From the NCBI GenBank assembly GCA_016931315.1, contig JAFGFB010000292.1:14699-78698 (forward strand): a stretch of DNA of 64,000 nucleotides, given 5' to 3'. A program made the position numbers and the translations under genes. This document shows, piece by piece, positions 44,699 through 52,758 of the stretch. This DNA comes from Anaerolineae bacterium (GTDB taxonomy: Bacteria; Chloroflexota; Anaerolineae; B4-G1; SLSP01). Under the pieces are notes generated by a model, which saw nothing but the letters and a program-made list of their open reading frames with translations, was not told the DNA's origin and searched no databases. Position 1 is the first letter of the stretch, and the number at the start of each line of letters is the position of its first letter.

Positions 44699-46682
44699 AA
44701 TTCACTCCTTCTCCCGAGGGCGCTAACGGAGTCAGGCTCACGAGCACACCATCCGCATCCACCAACGTCTGTAACGCACTCGCCGCGCTCGAAGCCAACA
44801 GCTGCAGGTCAAAGATATCCGCCAATTGATCGGAGAAACCGCGCAACTGCTGTTCCATTTCCACCCGGCGGCGTGCGCTACGCATCAGCTGCAAACGCTG
44901 GAGCGCAGCCCCAGAAAACTCCATTAACAAGCCAAACAGAGTCTCTTCTGCAGCGGTGAATCCATGCAAGGTATGGAAAACAATTCCCAGTATGCCCATC
45001 AGGTGGCCCTCGGCATGGAATGGCACTAATGCCAAACTGCGTAAGGAACCGCGTACAGCGAGTTGCCTCAATGACTCCCACTCGGCGCCGTCTAAAGACG
45101 CGCCCACAAACGTCAACGGAGGGTTCGCCACATCGGGGATAAGTAAGGGCTGCTGCGCTCGCAAAACAGCCGGAATCAGCGCCTCTTCAGCAAACCAATG
45201 TGCCATGGAATGCTGCAAGTCAGGGAAACGCAGGCGCTCGCCACGCAGCTCCGCCACTAACGTCGCCCGCCCAGCCGCCCGCTCCGACTGCCCAGGCGCC
45301 TGCTCCAGCCGCCCAGCCTCTTCAGCAAGGGTCATAATGAAAGCGCGTTGCGGAGAATACTCCCGAACCGAGTCAAGAATGGCGGTATAGACCTCCTGGT
45401 CGGTCCAGGCTTTTGCGAAACGCTGCGCCAGGCGATAGAGCGGACTGGTAGCTTCAAGCAGAGCCGCTTCTTCATTCACGCGGCGGGCATTCATAAGTGC
45501 TACTGCCAATTGCCTTGCCGAAAGTTCCAGCACACGGAGGTCATCCGCATCAAAAGCTTCATCCTCCAGACTTTGCAGATCCAACACACCCAAAATCTGA
45601 TCCTCATACAGCAATGGCAGAAGTGCCGCGGAGCGCGCCTCACGCAAACGCCAGAGATCTTGAGGATCCTTGGGGGTCAGAATCTGGGGCTGCCGCTTCT
45701 GCCACACACGCCCAACCATCGTCTCACTCACAGGGACCCGAAAACCTTCCTGCAAGCGCTGCTGACCCGCCTCAGATGTGGCAGCGTGCAAAACCAGCAT
45801 TGCGCCATCAGGACGCTCTTCGGGCAAGTAGAGACCTACATGATGCAAGTCGAAAATCCTCGCAAAAGCCTGCACAGCACGGCTCAGCAACGGCGTGAGA
45901 GCCAACAGTGAGCCAGTCTCAGCGCTAAAGGCAGCCGTGCCCTCCAACAAGAACACCCGTCGCTGTAGCGAGGTATTTACCTGTTGGATGCTCCGTGCGC
46001 GTGTGTCTACCTCCGCCTGTTGCGCCTCCAGCACGGCAATACGTTGACGGCTTTCTGCCACGGCAGCGAGAAACCGGGGCACAAGATAACGCTGCACAAT
46101 GATTAACATGGTACTCAGCAACGCCAGGGATACGGTATCACTCACCAGAGATACCGGCGCAACCCCAATCAAAAAAGGCTCGGTGAGCGGTGGCAATTCC
46201 AGCACACCGGTTACACCGAGCATACCCACAGTCAAAATGGTCAACATGGAGAGCCCCAAAGCCAAAAAGCCTTGGTACACACCGTAAAACAGTGAGGTCA
46301 ACAAAGAGAGTGAGAGAAAGAAAAGCCGCGCATCTTCCTTCCAACCAAAAACCAAAAGATCAGCCAGGCCCATGAGATACAGGAGCGCCAAGACACCTGA
46401 GACTTGGATGGTATAGGGCACTTTGCGCCAGAAGGTAAAGACCAGCACCACCAAATATGCCAAAGCATAACCCATCACCAATGCGATGTGTCCGCGCAGA
46501 TAAGCGCCATAGGCGCTAAAAGCGAGAGCGAACGGACCGGCAATCACCACGGCGAGCAGAAGACCGTGCACTAGCTGCGTGCGCCAAAGCTGCGCTTCGC
46601 GCAAAGCCGCATCCGCAGTCGGCAAATGCGCGCCCGCCCAATCATCACGAAGCCATGATTTCAGCTGTCCCCAAATCTGCAT
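44685..46682 (-). CDS. S1: polytopic-membrane GAF sensor protein with no recognisable output domain
   Basis: ATG 46682 has GAGGAGG upstream. About 7 TM helices. GAF FDLHHVGLYLPEERPDGAMLVLHAATSEAGQQRLQEGFRV...AALLPLLYEDQILGVLDLQS, then a second GAF-like region. Divergent stub MEQQLRGFSDQLADIFDLQLLASSAASALQTLVDADGVLVSL. Confidence 0.85.
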   Translation of the reverse strand: MQIWGQLKSWLRDDWAGAHLPTADAALREAQLWRTQLVHGLLLAVVIAGPFALAFSAYGAYLRGHIALVMGYALAYLVVLVFTFWRKVPYTIQVSGVLALLYLMGLADLLVFGWKEDARLFFLSLSLLTSLFYGVYQGFLALGLSMLTILTVGMLGVTGVLELPPLTEPFLIGVAPVSLVSDTVSLALLSTMLIIVQRYLVPRFLAAVAESRQRIAVLEAQQAEVDTRARSIQQVNTSLQRRVFLLEGTAAFSAETGSLLALTPLLSRAVQAFARIFDLHHVGLYLPEERPDGAMLVLHAATSEAGQQRLQEGFRVPVSETMVGRVWQKRQPQILTPKDPQDLWRLREARSAALLPLLYEDQILGVLDLQSLEDEAFDADDLRVLELSARQLAVALMNARRVNEEAALLEATSPLYRLAQRFAKAWTDQEVYTAILDSVREYSPQRAFIMTLAEEAGRLEQAPGQSERAAGRATLVAELRGERLRFPDLQHSMAHWFAEEALIPAVLRAQQPLLIPDVANPPLTFVGASLDGAEWESLRQLAVRGSLRSLALVPFHAEGHLMGILGIVFHTLHGFTAAEETLFGLLMEFSGAALQRLQLMRSARRRVEMEQQLRGFSDQLADIFDLQLLASSAASALQTLVDADGVLVSLTPLAPSGEGVNYESS

Positions 46683-46792
46683 TTGGCCTCCTCAACACCC
46701 CCAAGCCTCAATCGCCCCCGGGCGTAGGTCTACACCCCACCGCCCTCAATTCCAAGCACCTGAGCACACGACGTTATAAATCAGATTCTCTT

Positions 46793-46815
46793 GTCAGGTA
46801 TAAACCGTCAGGTAT
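46793..46815 (-). promoter_or_regulatory. direct repeat ATACCTGAC x2 immediately after the kinase stop (function unknown)
   Basis: The minus strand reads TGATACCTGACGGTTTATACCTGACAAG. It sits in the only gap over 120 nt inside the signalling gene train (46683-46814). I could not fit a convincing -35/-10 pair. Confidence 0.3.
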
Positions 46816-49280
46816 CAACCTTCTTTGGTGCTGGCAATGGGAATAGAGAAAGTGAAGGTGCTTCCCTTTCCCAAATCACTATCTAACCAGAGCTGCCCGC
46901 CATGCAGCTCGACAAACTCCTTGCACAATGCCAGACCCACACCTACCCCAGATGGCGCCCCATCCGAAGGCGCAGCCTCAACAGAGCCATCCACACAACT
47001 CTCCCATTCCCGAAACGGCAGTCGCTCCGGCGGGCACACTTTCTCAAAACCGGCTAAAATTCGCTCACGATCTTTCGGATCAATCCCCACACCCGTATCC
47101 CGCACACTCACATACGCCATTTCATCATCAGACCACGCGCGGATGGCGATTTCACCCCGCTCCGTGAATTTAGCGGCATTGGTCAGCAAGTTAATCAACA
47201 CCTGCCGAATACGATCAGGGTCGCCCTGAACGGAGGCCAGGTCTTGTGCAATATCCTGTGTCAACTGCACATCCTTACCTCGAACCAAAGCGCTGGCTGT
47301 CGGCAGTACACTTGTGATCACATCCCGCAAATTCACCACCTGAGATTTCAAATCCAGTAACCCCGCCTGGATCTCCGAAATCGCCAGGATATCATTGATC
47401 AAATCCAAAAGATGTTCACTGTTACCATGAATCCGCTGCACGTCAGCTGCTTGCTCTTCAGAAAGCGGGCCATCAAAACCCTTGAGCATCAGCCGCGAAA
47501 AGCCCAAAATGGAATTCAAAGGCCCCCGCAGTTCCTGCGACATATTCGCCAAAAAGCGCGCCTTGAAGGCCTCATTATCCTCAAATTGCTGCGCCGCCTG
47601 TCGTTCACGCTCATACGCACGAGCATTTACCAAAGCAATCGCCACCTGATTTGCCAAATGCTCCAACACCTTAACGTCATCCACCTGCAAGCCTTCATGC
47701 TCCGCGCTACGAACCGCCAGCACCCCCAATGCCTGCTGTTCCATGCGCATCGGTATCCCCACATGGGATAGAATTCGGCGATACCATTCAGGTACCTCTT
47801 CATCCAATAGCTCATTGATAACCTGAGAGTTGCCTTTGCGCAGGGCTTTCCCCACCACAGTGCCATCACCTGTAACCGCCACTTGGGGCCAGGAGGCAGC
47901 TTCCGGGCTAGCCGCATGCAGCCGCGCCTCAGCGCCGCCAGGATTCACCAGATACACCGCCACAGCAACGTAGGAGAAGCGCTCCCGAATACGCTCCGCT
48001 ACCCGCTCCAATAAAGCTTCCGGGTCGCGAATGGACGTGACTGCCTGACTGACTTCCAGGCTCGCTTCCAATTGAATCGCACGGCGCTGAATCTGGTAAT
48101 TAGCCTTCTGTAACAACTGCGTACGCGCAACGACTTTGGCCTCCAGGTCTTCATACAGCGATTTTAACTCGCCCGCCATCTGATTAAAGACGTAGGTAAG
48201 AATGCCAATTTCGTCCCGAGAGACCACGGGGACATGCTGCTCCATATTGCCTTCCGCCATTTCCAACGCCGATTCGGTCAGTCGAATCACAGGTCGGGTA
48301 ATCTGGCGGATCACGAATGCGGAAATCACCGTAGTAAGCAACGCTACGGAGAGCAAGCCCCCTATCAAGGTAGCGGCGATGAGCTCAGTGGACGCCAAAA
48401 CCTCCCGTTGTTCCTGCTCAACCAATATTCCAACATCCAACTCCGAAAGTGGGAAATAGGCCCCCACAACGGGAGTGCTTGTTGCATTACTGTACCAGGC
48501 GCTTGAGGGACTCTGGTCTGCCAGCGTCATACAGGCGCCCTTTGGCAATACCGATGAAGTGCTTTGAGAATCAGCCGTCAGCCAGACCCGTCCGTCGCGA
48601 ACCAGGTAAACGTTTGGTCCAGTATTCCCCATCATCAAATCATGTTGCAGGTTCTGCATCAACACCACAGGATCAAAACACAGCACCAAAGTCTCGGCAT
48701 CAGCGACGCCGGGGAAAACAATGGGAACGGAGGATGGTGCAGCAGCCGAGACGCTAGCTGCGCGCGTTTCCGCTAAAGGCTGCTCACAAGGCAAAGTCGC
48801 CTGTGGCGCCGGCAACGCACACTCCCCCCAAACCTGCTGTGACCTTCCCCGCAACCAGACGACACCATGCAATTCAGGAATCTTACCCTGCACCGCAACC
48901 CAAAGAGCGCCCTCATCTGCATCTTCAGCTAGCGCCGCTGCTTCCGGAATCGCTTCAACCACCGCACGGAACAGGTCAGCGCGATCCAACAACCAGGATT
49001 CCAAATTTTCGGCTTTTAAGGTCGCCATCAGTTGCAGTTTACTCGTGGCTTCAACCTGCAAGTTGCTACGATTCTGCACCACAACATACCATCCAATTAA
49101 AGCAAAAGGCATGATGGTCAGCGCCAAAAAAGCCGTCAGGAGCGTACGCCCCAGCCCGCCGCGCATACCCGTAGTTGGCAGGGTTCGCGCATTGGCTGAA
49201 GCAGCTGCCGCCTGAGATGGTAACGCCGTCGAAGGCGGGGATGCTTGCGGCGACCTTAACGCCTTTACTCCGGTTCCCAT
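46815..49280 (-). CDS. sensor histidine-kinase homolog (TM + periplasmic + HAMP + GAF + HisKA + HATPase_c) with Gln in place of the H-box His
   Basis: H-box region FLANMSQELRGPLNSILGF; the Gln codon CAG is at 47535-47537. The hybrid kinase has FLANMSHELRTPLNSIIGF. N-box LINLLTNAAKFT, G1 RDTGVGI, and G2 GVGVGLALCKEFV after an insertion of ~30 aa. HAMP VFNQMAGELKSL. The start is uncertain: ATG 49280 is only 2 nt after GGAGG, and the alternative is ATG 49166. Confidence 0.88.
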   Translation of the reverse strand: MGTGVKALRSPQASPPSTALPSQAAAASANARTLPTTGMRGGLGRTLLTAFLALTIMPFALIGWYVVVQNRSNLQVEATSKLQLMATLKAENLESWLLDRADLFRAVVEAIPEAAALAEDADEGALWVAVQGKIPELHGVVWLRGRSQQVWGECALPAPQATLPCEQPLAETRAASVSAAAPSSVPIVFPGVADAETLVLCFDPVVLMQNLQHDLMMGNTGPNVYLVRDGRVWLTADSQSTSSVLPKGACMTLADQSPSSAWYSNATSTPVVGAYFPLSELDVGILVEQEQREVLASTELIAATLIGGLLSVALLTTVISAFVIRQITRPVIRLTESALEMAEGNMEQHVPVVSRDEIGILTYVFNQMAGELKSLYEDLEAKVVARTQLLQKANYQIQRRAIQLEASLEVSQAVTSIRDPEALLERVAERIRERFSYVAVAVYLVNPGGAEARLHAASPEAASWPQVAVTGDGTVVGKALRKGNSQVINELLDEEVPEWYRRILSHVGIPMRMEQQALGVLAVRSAEHEGLQVDDVKVLEHLANQVAIALVNARAYERERQAAQQFEDNEAFKARFLANMSQELRGPLNSILGFSRLMLKGFDGPLSEEQAADVQRIHGNSEHLLDLINDILAISEIQAGLLDLKSQVVNLRDVITSVLPTASALVRGKDVQLTQDIAQDLASVQGDPDRIRQVLINLLTNAAKFTERGEIAIRAWSDDEMAYVSVRDTGVGIDPKDRERILAGFEKVCPPERLPFREWESCVDGSVEAAPSDGAPSGVGVGLALCKEFVELHGGQLWLDSDLGKGSTFTFSIPIASTKEG

Positions 49281-49684
49281 ACCTCCTCGCCCGCAAGAAT
49301 GCGGCGAATCTGTTCAGGAAAACGATCGGGATCCAAAGGTTTACCAATAAAGCCGTCAAAACCCACCTGGCGTGCCCGTTCCACAAAAGGCTGAGCGATG
49401 TTGGCAGTTACCGCAACAATCGGCACATCCTTGATTTGCGGATGCGAGCGCAAAGACTCCAACGATTCAAAGCCATCCGCATCGGGGAGCATCAAATCCA
49501 TCAAAATGAGGTCAATTTCGCCCAGCGTCTCCGCAAATTCCAGCACCTTCCACCCAGAAGCTTTCCATTCGCATTTTTTGACCCCCAGGAAAGCCAATAA
49601 ACGCGTCATCAACAAGAAATTGTTAAAATTGTCCTCGACAATGAGAATCACCGCATCCCAAGGTTGTTTTGGCTTAGCCTTCAT
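49265..49684 (-). CDS. single-domain response regulator (CheY-like receiver)
   Basis: VILIVEDNFNNFLL...IDLILMDLMLPDADG...VPIVAVTANI...GFIGKPLD. The acidic pocket, phospho-acceptor Asp, Thr and Lys are all present. There is no output domain. ATG 49684 (the track uses GTG 49687) overlaps both neighbours. Confidence 0.9.
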   Translation of the reverse strand: MKAKPKQPWDAVILIVEDNFNNFLLMTRLLAFLGVKKCEWKASGWKVLEFAETLGEIDLILMDLMLPDADGFESLESLRSHPQIKDVPIVAVTANIAQPFVERARQVGFDGFIGKPLDPDRFPEQIRRILAGEEVWEPE

Positions 49685-50060
49685 CACGTCCCCCCCGTTG
49701 CAAAAAGCGCGCTACCTGCTCTGGCAACAAATCCACATCAATCGGCTTGGGAATATAGCCATCACAACCGGCTTCGATGCTCTTCTCACGATCGCCGTGC
49801 ATCACATTCGCCGTCATTGCCACAATGGGTATATTGCGCAACTCGGGAATATCACGCAAACGCCGCGTTAGCGTATAGCCATCCATCTCGGGCAAGTTCA
49901 TATCCATGAGGATCAAATCGGGGAGCTCACGCTGGGCCGCAGCAATTCCCTGGGCAGCATCAAAAGCTTCCACCACGATATAACCTTCTACCATCAAAAT
50001 GCGGCGCACCAGCAGCCGATTATCCGGATTGTCTTCCACATACAAAATCTTCGCGCCCAT
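49674..50060 (-). CDS. single-domain response regulator (CheY-like receiver), first gene of the train
   Basis: KILYVEDNPDNRLLV...PDLILMDMNLPEMDG...IPIVAMTANV...GYIPKPID. All receiver signature residues are present. GAGGGA lies 7 nt upstream of ATG 50060. Confidence 0.92.
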   Translation of the reverse strand: MGAKILYVEDNPDNRLLVRRILMVEGYIVVEAFDAAQGIAAAQRELPDLILMDMNLPEMDGYTLTRRLRDIPELRNIPIVAMTANVMHGDREKSIEAGCDGYIPKPIDVDLLPEQVARFLQRGGRDEG

Positions 50061-50092
50061 AGCTCATCCCTCAGTCATCGGAAGTTATTCCG

Positions 50093-50130
50093 ATTATACA
50101 TGATAACAGTTTTCTTACCAAATTATACCA
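50093..50130 (-). promoter_or_regulatory. candidate sigma-70-type promoter(s) for the signalling gene train
   Basis: On the minus strand: TTGGTA (50121-50116), 17 nt, TATAAT (50098-50093), about 33 nt before the start codon. A second perfect box with TG extension, TGGTATAAT, is at 50130-50122. The surrounding 170 nt are visibly AT-rich compared with the flanks. Confidence 0.45.
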
Positions 50131-50228
50131 CGGAAAGCACCATAAAATACCATAACTATTGTGTTAAAAGCGTGTGACACTTACCAAAAACCGATTCCAA
50201 GACGGTTTGAATCTGAAATCTGCCCTTT

Positions 50229-50269
50229 GAGGGATTATGCGCGCGGCAATGCCGCGCGCATAATCCCTC
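50229..50269 (-). terminator. 41-nt perfect palindrome downstream of the molybdoenzyme large-subunit gene (probable terminator/insulator)
   Basis: gagggattatgcgcgcggca a tgccgcgcgcataatccctc has 20-nt arms and starts 20 nt after the stop at 50290. There is no clean U-run on the minus strand, so intrinsic termination is plausible but not certain. Confidence 0.55.
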
Positions 50270-50289
50270 ACTTCTTCTGAGAGCAGCCC

Positions 50290-52662
50290 TCAAGCCTTAC
50301 AGATCAGCTCTTCGCCCTCATGTGTTGCCAGATAGATCTTCTCTGCAGAAAGTGGCAAGTCATTAAAGCGCACACCCAGGGCGTTGTACAGCGCATTGGC
50401 GATCGCCGGTGCGGTCTGCACCATCACATGCTCACCAACCCCGCGGGCACCCCAGGGACCATCCTCCAACGGCGTCTCGACAATATCACCATGAATTTCG
50501 CGCGGCGCATCCAGTGAAGTGACAATCTTGTAATCCACAAAACTGGGGTTGCGTAATCGTCCCCGGTCATCGAAGAGCATACACTCGAAAGCCGAGCTCA
50601 ACCCGTGAACTGCACCGCCCTCAATTTGAGTCAACACCAGATCGGGATTGATAGCCTTTCCAACGTCGTAAGCACTGGCAATCTTGAGCACCTCGATCTG
50701 TCCAGTTTCCGTATCAACTTCCAGGTCCACAGCTTGTGCCCCCACCGTGTAGTGGACCACAGCACGTGCTCCCTGACCGGTCTCTGGATCAAGCCCAGTC
50801 ACATAAGTGGGCATGAATTTTCCACTGCCCACTATGGGACCGCCCTGCCAGCCCTCAAAGTTCTCATTAGGCAGGCCGTAGATTACCATCTTCTTGAGCG
50901 TTTGCTCACGTTCCGACTTGTACGAGATGACTACCCCATCCTTGATATCCAGGTCAGCAGGGTTTTCGTTCCAGTATTTGGCTACAATTTCCAAAATCTG
51001 CCCGCGTGCATGTTCCGCAGCAGCTTTCACCGCATTACCCATGGACCAGGTCACGCGACTGGCTACCGTTTGCCACTCATAGGGGCTGTACTTGGTATCC
51101 ACTGGGTTTGCCGAAACACGCACCCACTCGTAGGGGATACCCAAGGCTTCCGCCGCCATCTGCGCAGCCACCGTGAAGGCGCCTTGCCCAAGTTCCTGCC
51201 CGGAGACGTAGACATTAAGGGTCGCATCCTCATTGAAACGAACGATAGCCGAGCTGCCAGGATTGGGCGGCATGGCAGGGGCCTTCCACATAATCGCTAT
51301 TCCCTTACCCCGACGCTTATGCGGCGCTGAAGGCTTACTCTCGCGCCCCCATTCAATCGCCTCCTTGACCTTGTCGATACACTTGGGTAAATCAACCTCA
51401 GGCATCGTCATGCCGGTGAGGATGATGTCGCCTGAGCGCACGCAGTTTTGGCGCTTGAAATCCGCCGCGTCCATACCGATGGCTTCCGCCAAACGATCCA
51501 TGATCTGCTCCAACCCCCAATGAATCTCTGGCATCCCAAAGCCGCGCATCGCAGAACCAATGGGGTGGTTAGTGTAAACGCAATAGGAATCCCCCTTAAC
51601 GTTGGGGACATCATACGGACCGGTGCAGGAATAGCCAGCGGCGCGAGCGATATTCACACCATAATCATTGTAAGCGCCGCCGCCAAAGTAATACGCCAGA
51701 TCCATGGCCAACAGATTACCCGCCTCATCACAACCAATCTTGAATTTCGCTACCAGACTTTGGCGGACATTGGTAGCCACGAATTCTTCCTCACGAGTCA
51801 TGCGCACCTTAACGGGATGTCCGGGCACAGCCTTCGCCATCAACACCACATTAGCCTCAATCGAAATACCAGCCTTGCCGCCAAAGCCACCGCCAATGTA
51901 AGGCGAGATCACACGCATATTACCATGGGGAATACCGAGACTCTGCGCGAGGAGGTCGCGCTGCGCAAAAGGCGACTGCGATGCCGCCCACAAAGTCACC
52001 TGCCCATCAGCGTTCCACTGCGCTACAGCGATGTGCGTCTCGAGGGGAGCATGTTGAATCTGCGGCAGTGTGTACTGGTCCTCCACAACCGCCGCGCACT
52101 GCGCCCAAACCTCCTCAGATACCCCAGCATCACTCACATTGCCCTTTCGAAGCTTGAAATGCTCCGAGATGTTGGTCCCTGGCTTCGGAAAAATGAAGTT
52201 GACCACCTCGTATTTCCCCAAGTCGGGATGCAAGAGCGGCGCGTCGGGTTTCGCCCCCTCATAGGGATCGAAGACAGGTGGAAGCAGTTCATACTCCACC
52301 TCAACGAGCTTAGCCGCTTGCTCAGCAATCTCTTCACTAATCGACACCACGCCAGCTACAGATTCGCCCACATAGCGCACACGGTCATAGGCATAGATGT
52401 ACCGGTCTTTCAAGTACAGGCCCAGCAGCGTAGGGTTATCCTGTCCTGTCACCACCGCCTTAACCCCTGGAAGCGCCAAAGCCTTACTAACATCAATCTT
52501 TTTGATCAGGGCATGCGCCACTGGGCTATGAACAATCTTGCCATGAAGCAACGTTGGGCCAAAAGCCATATCATCCACATACTTCGCCGCGCCGGTGACT
52601 TTCTCGAATGCATCCACGCGCGGAACACTTTTACCGACGGGATTCGATGTCTGTTCTTTCAT
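50290..52662 (-). CDS. xanthine dehydrogenase/aldehyde oxidase family molybdopterin-binding large subunit
   Basis: 790 aa; GGAGGAA upstream of ATG 52662. N-terminus PRVDAFEKVTGAAKYVDD, followed by GSAMRGFGMPEIHWGLEQ and GVGEHVMVQTAPAIANALYNALG, typical of the family. It follows the FAD and 2Fe-2S subunit genes. Confidence 0.9.
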   Translation of the reverse strand: MKEQTSNPVGKSVPRVDAFEKVTGAAKYVDDMAFGPTLLHGKIVHSPVAHALIKKIDVSKALALPGVKAVVTGQDNPTLLGLYLKDRYIYAYDRVRYVGESVAGVVSISEEIAEQAAKLVEVEYELLPPVFDPYEGAKPDAPLLHPDLGKYEVVNFIFPKPGTNISEHFKLRKGNVSDAGVSEEVWAQCAAVVEDQYTLPQIQHAPLETHIAVAQWNADGQVTLWAASQSPFAQRDLLAQSLGIPHGNMRVISPYIGGGFGGKAGISIEANVVLMAKAVPGHPVKVRMTREEEFVATNVRQSLVAKFKIGCDEAGNLLAMDLAYYFGGGAYNDYGVNIARAAGYSCTGPYDVPNVKGDSYCVYTNHPIGSAMRGFGMPEIHWGLEQIMDRLAEAIGMDAADFKRQNCVRSGDIILTGMTMPEVDLPKCIDKVKEAIEWGRESKPSAPHKRRGKGIAIMWKAPAMPPNPGSSAIVRFNEDATLNVYVSGQELGQGAFTVAAQMAAEALGIPYEWVRVSANPVDTKYSPYEWQTVASRVTWSMGNAVKAAAEHARGQILEIVAKYWNENPADLDIKDGVVISYKSEREQTLKKMVIYGLPNENFEGWQGGPIVGSGKFMPTYVTGLDPETGQGARAVVHYTVGAQAVDLEVDTETGQIEVLKIASAYDVGKAINPDLVLTQIEGGAVHGLSSAFECMLFDDRGRLRNPSFVDYKIVTSLDAPREIHGDIVETPLEDGPWGARGVGEHVMVQTAPAIANALYNALGVRFNDLPLSAEKIYLATHEGEELICKA

Positions 52663-52758
52663 AATTTCCTCCAGATCATGGGAACTTACTGAAGGTCGCT
52701 GGTTACTAATCGGGCGATGCCTTTGTCACGGCGCATTTATAGCAACCAGCCCCAGCAA

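Noticed and set aside
46719-46746. Possible sixth copy of the REP hairpin (cccgggcgtaggtctacaccccaccgccc).
   Set aside because: It shares GGGCG, TAGGTC and CGCCC fragments, but the arms do not pair. At best it is a decayed remnant.
49166-49280. Alternative downstream start (ATG 49166, MRGGLGRTLL) for the Gln-kinase.
   Set aside because: Not rejected outright. ATG 49280 has poor SD spacing but fits the overlap pattern of the train. ATG 49166 lies just before the first TM helix. I kept the longer model and flagged the uncertainty.
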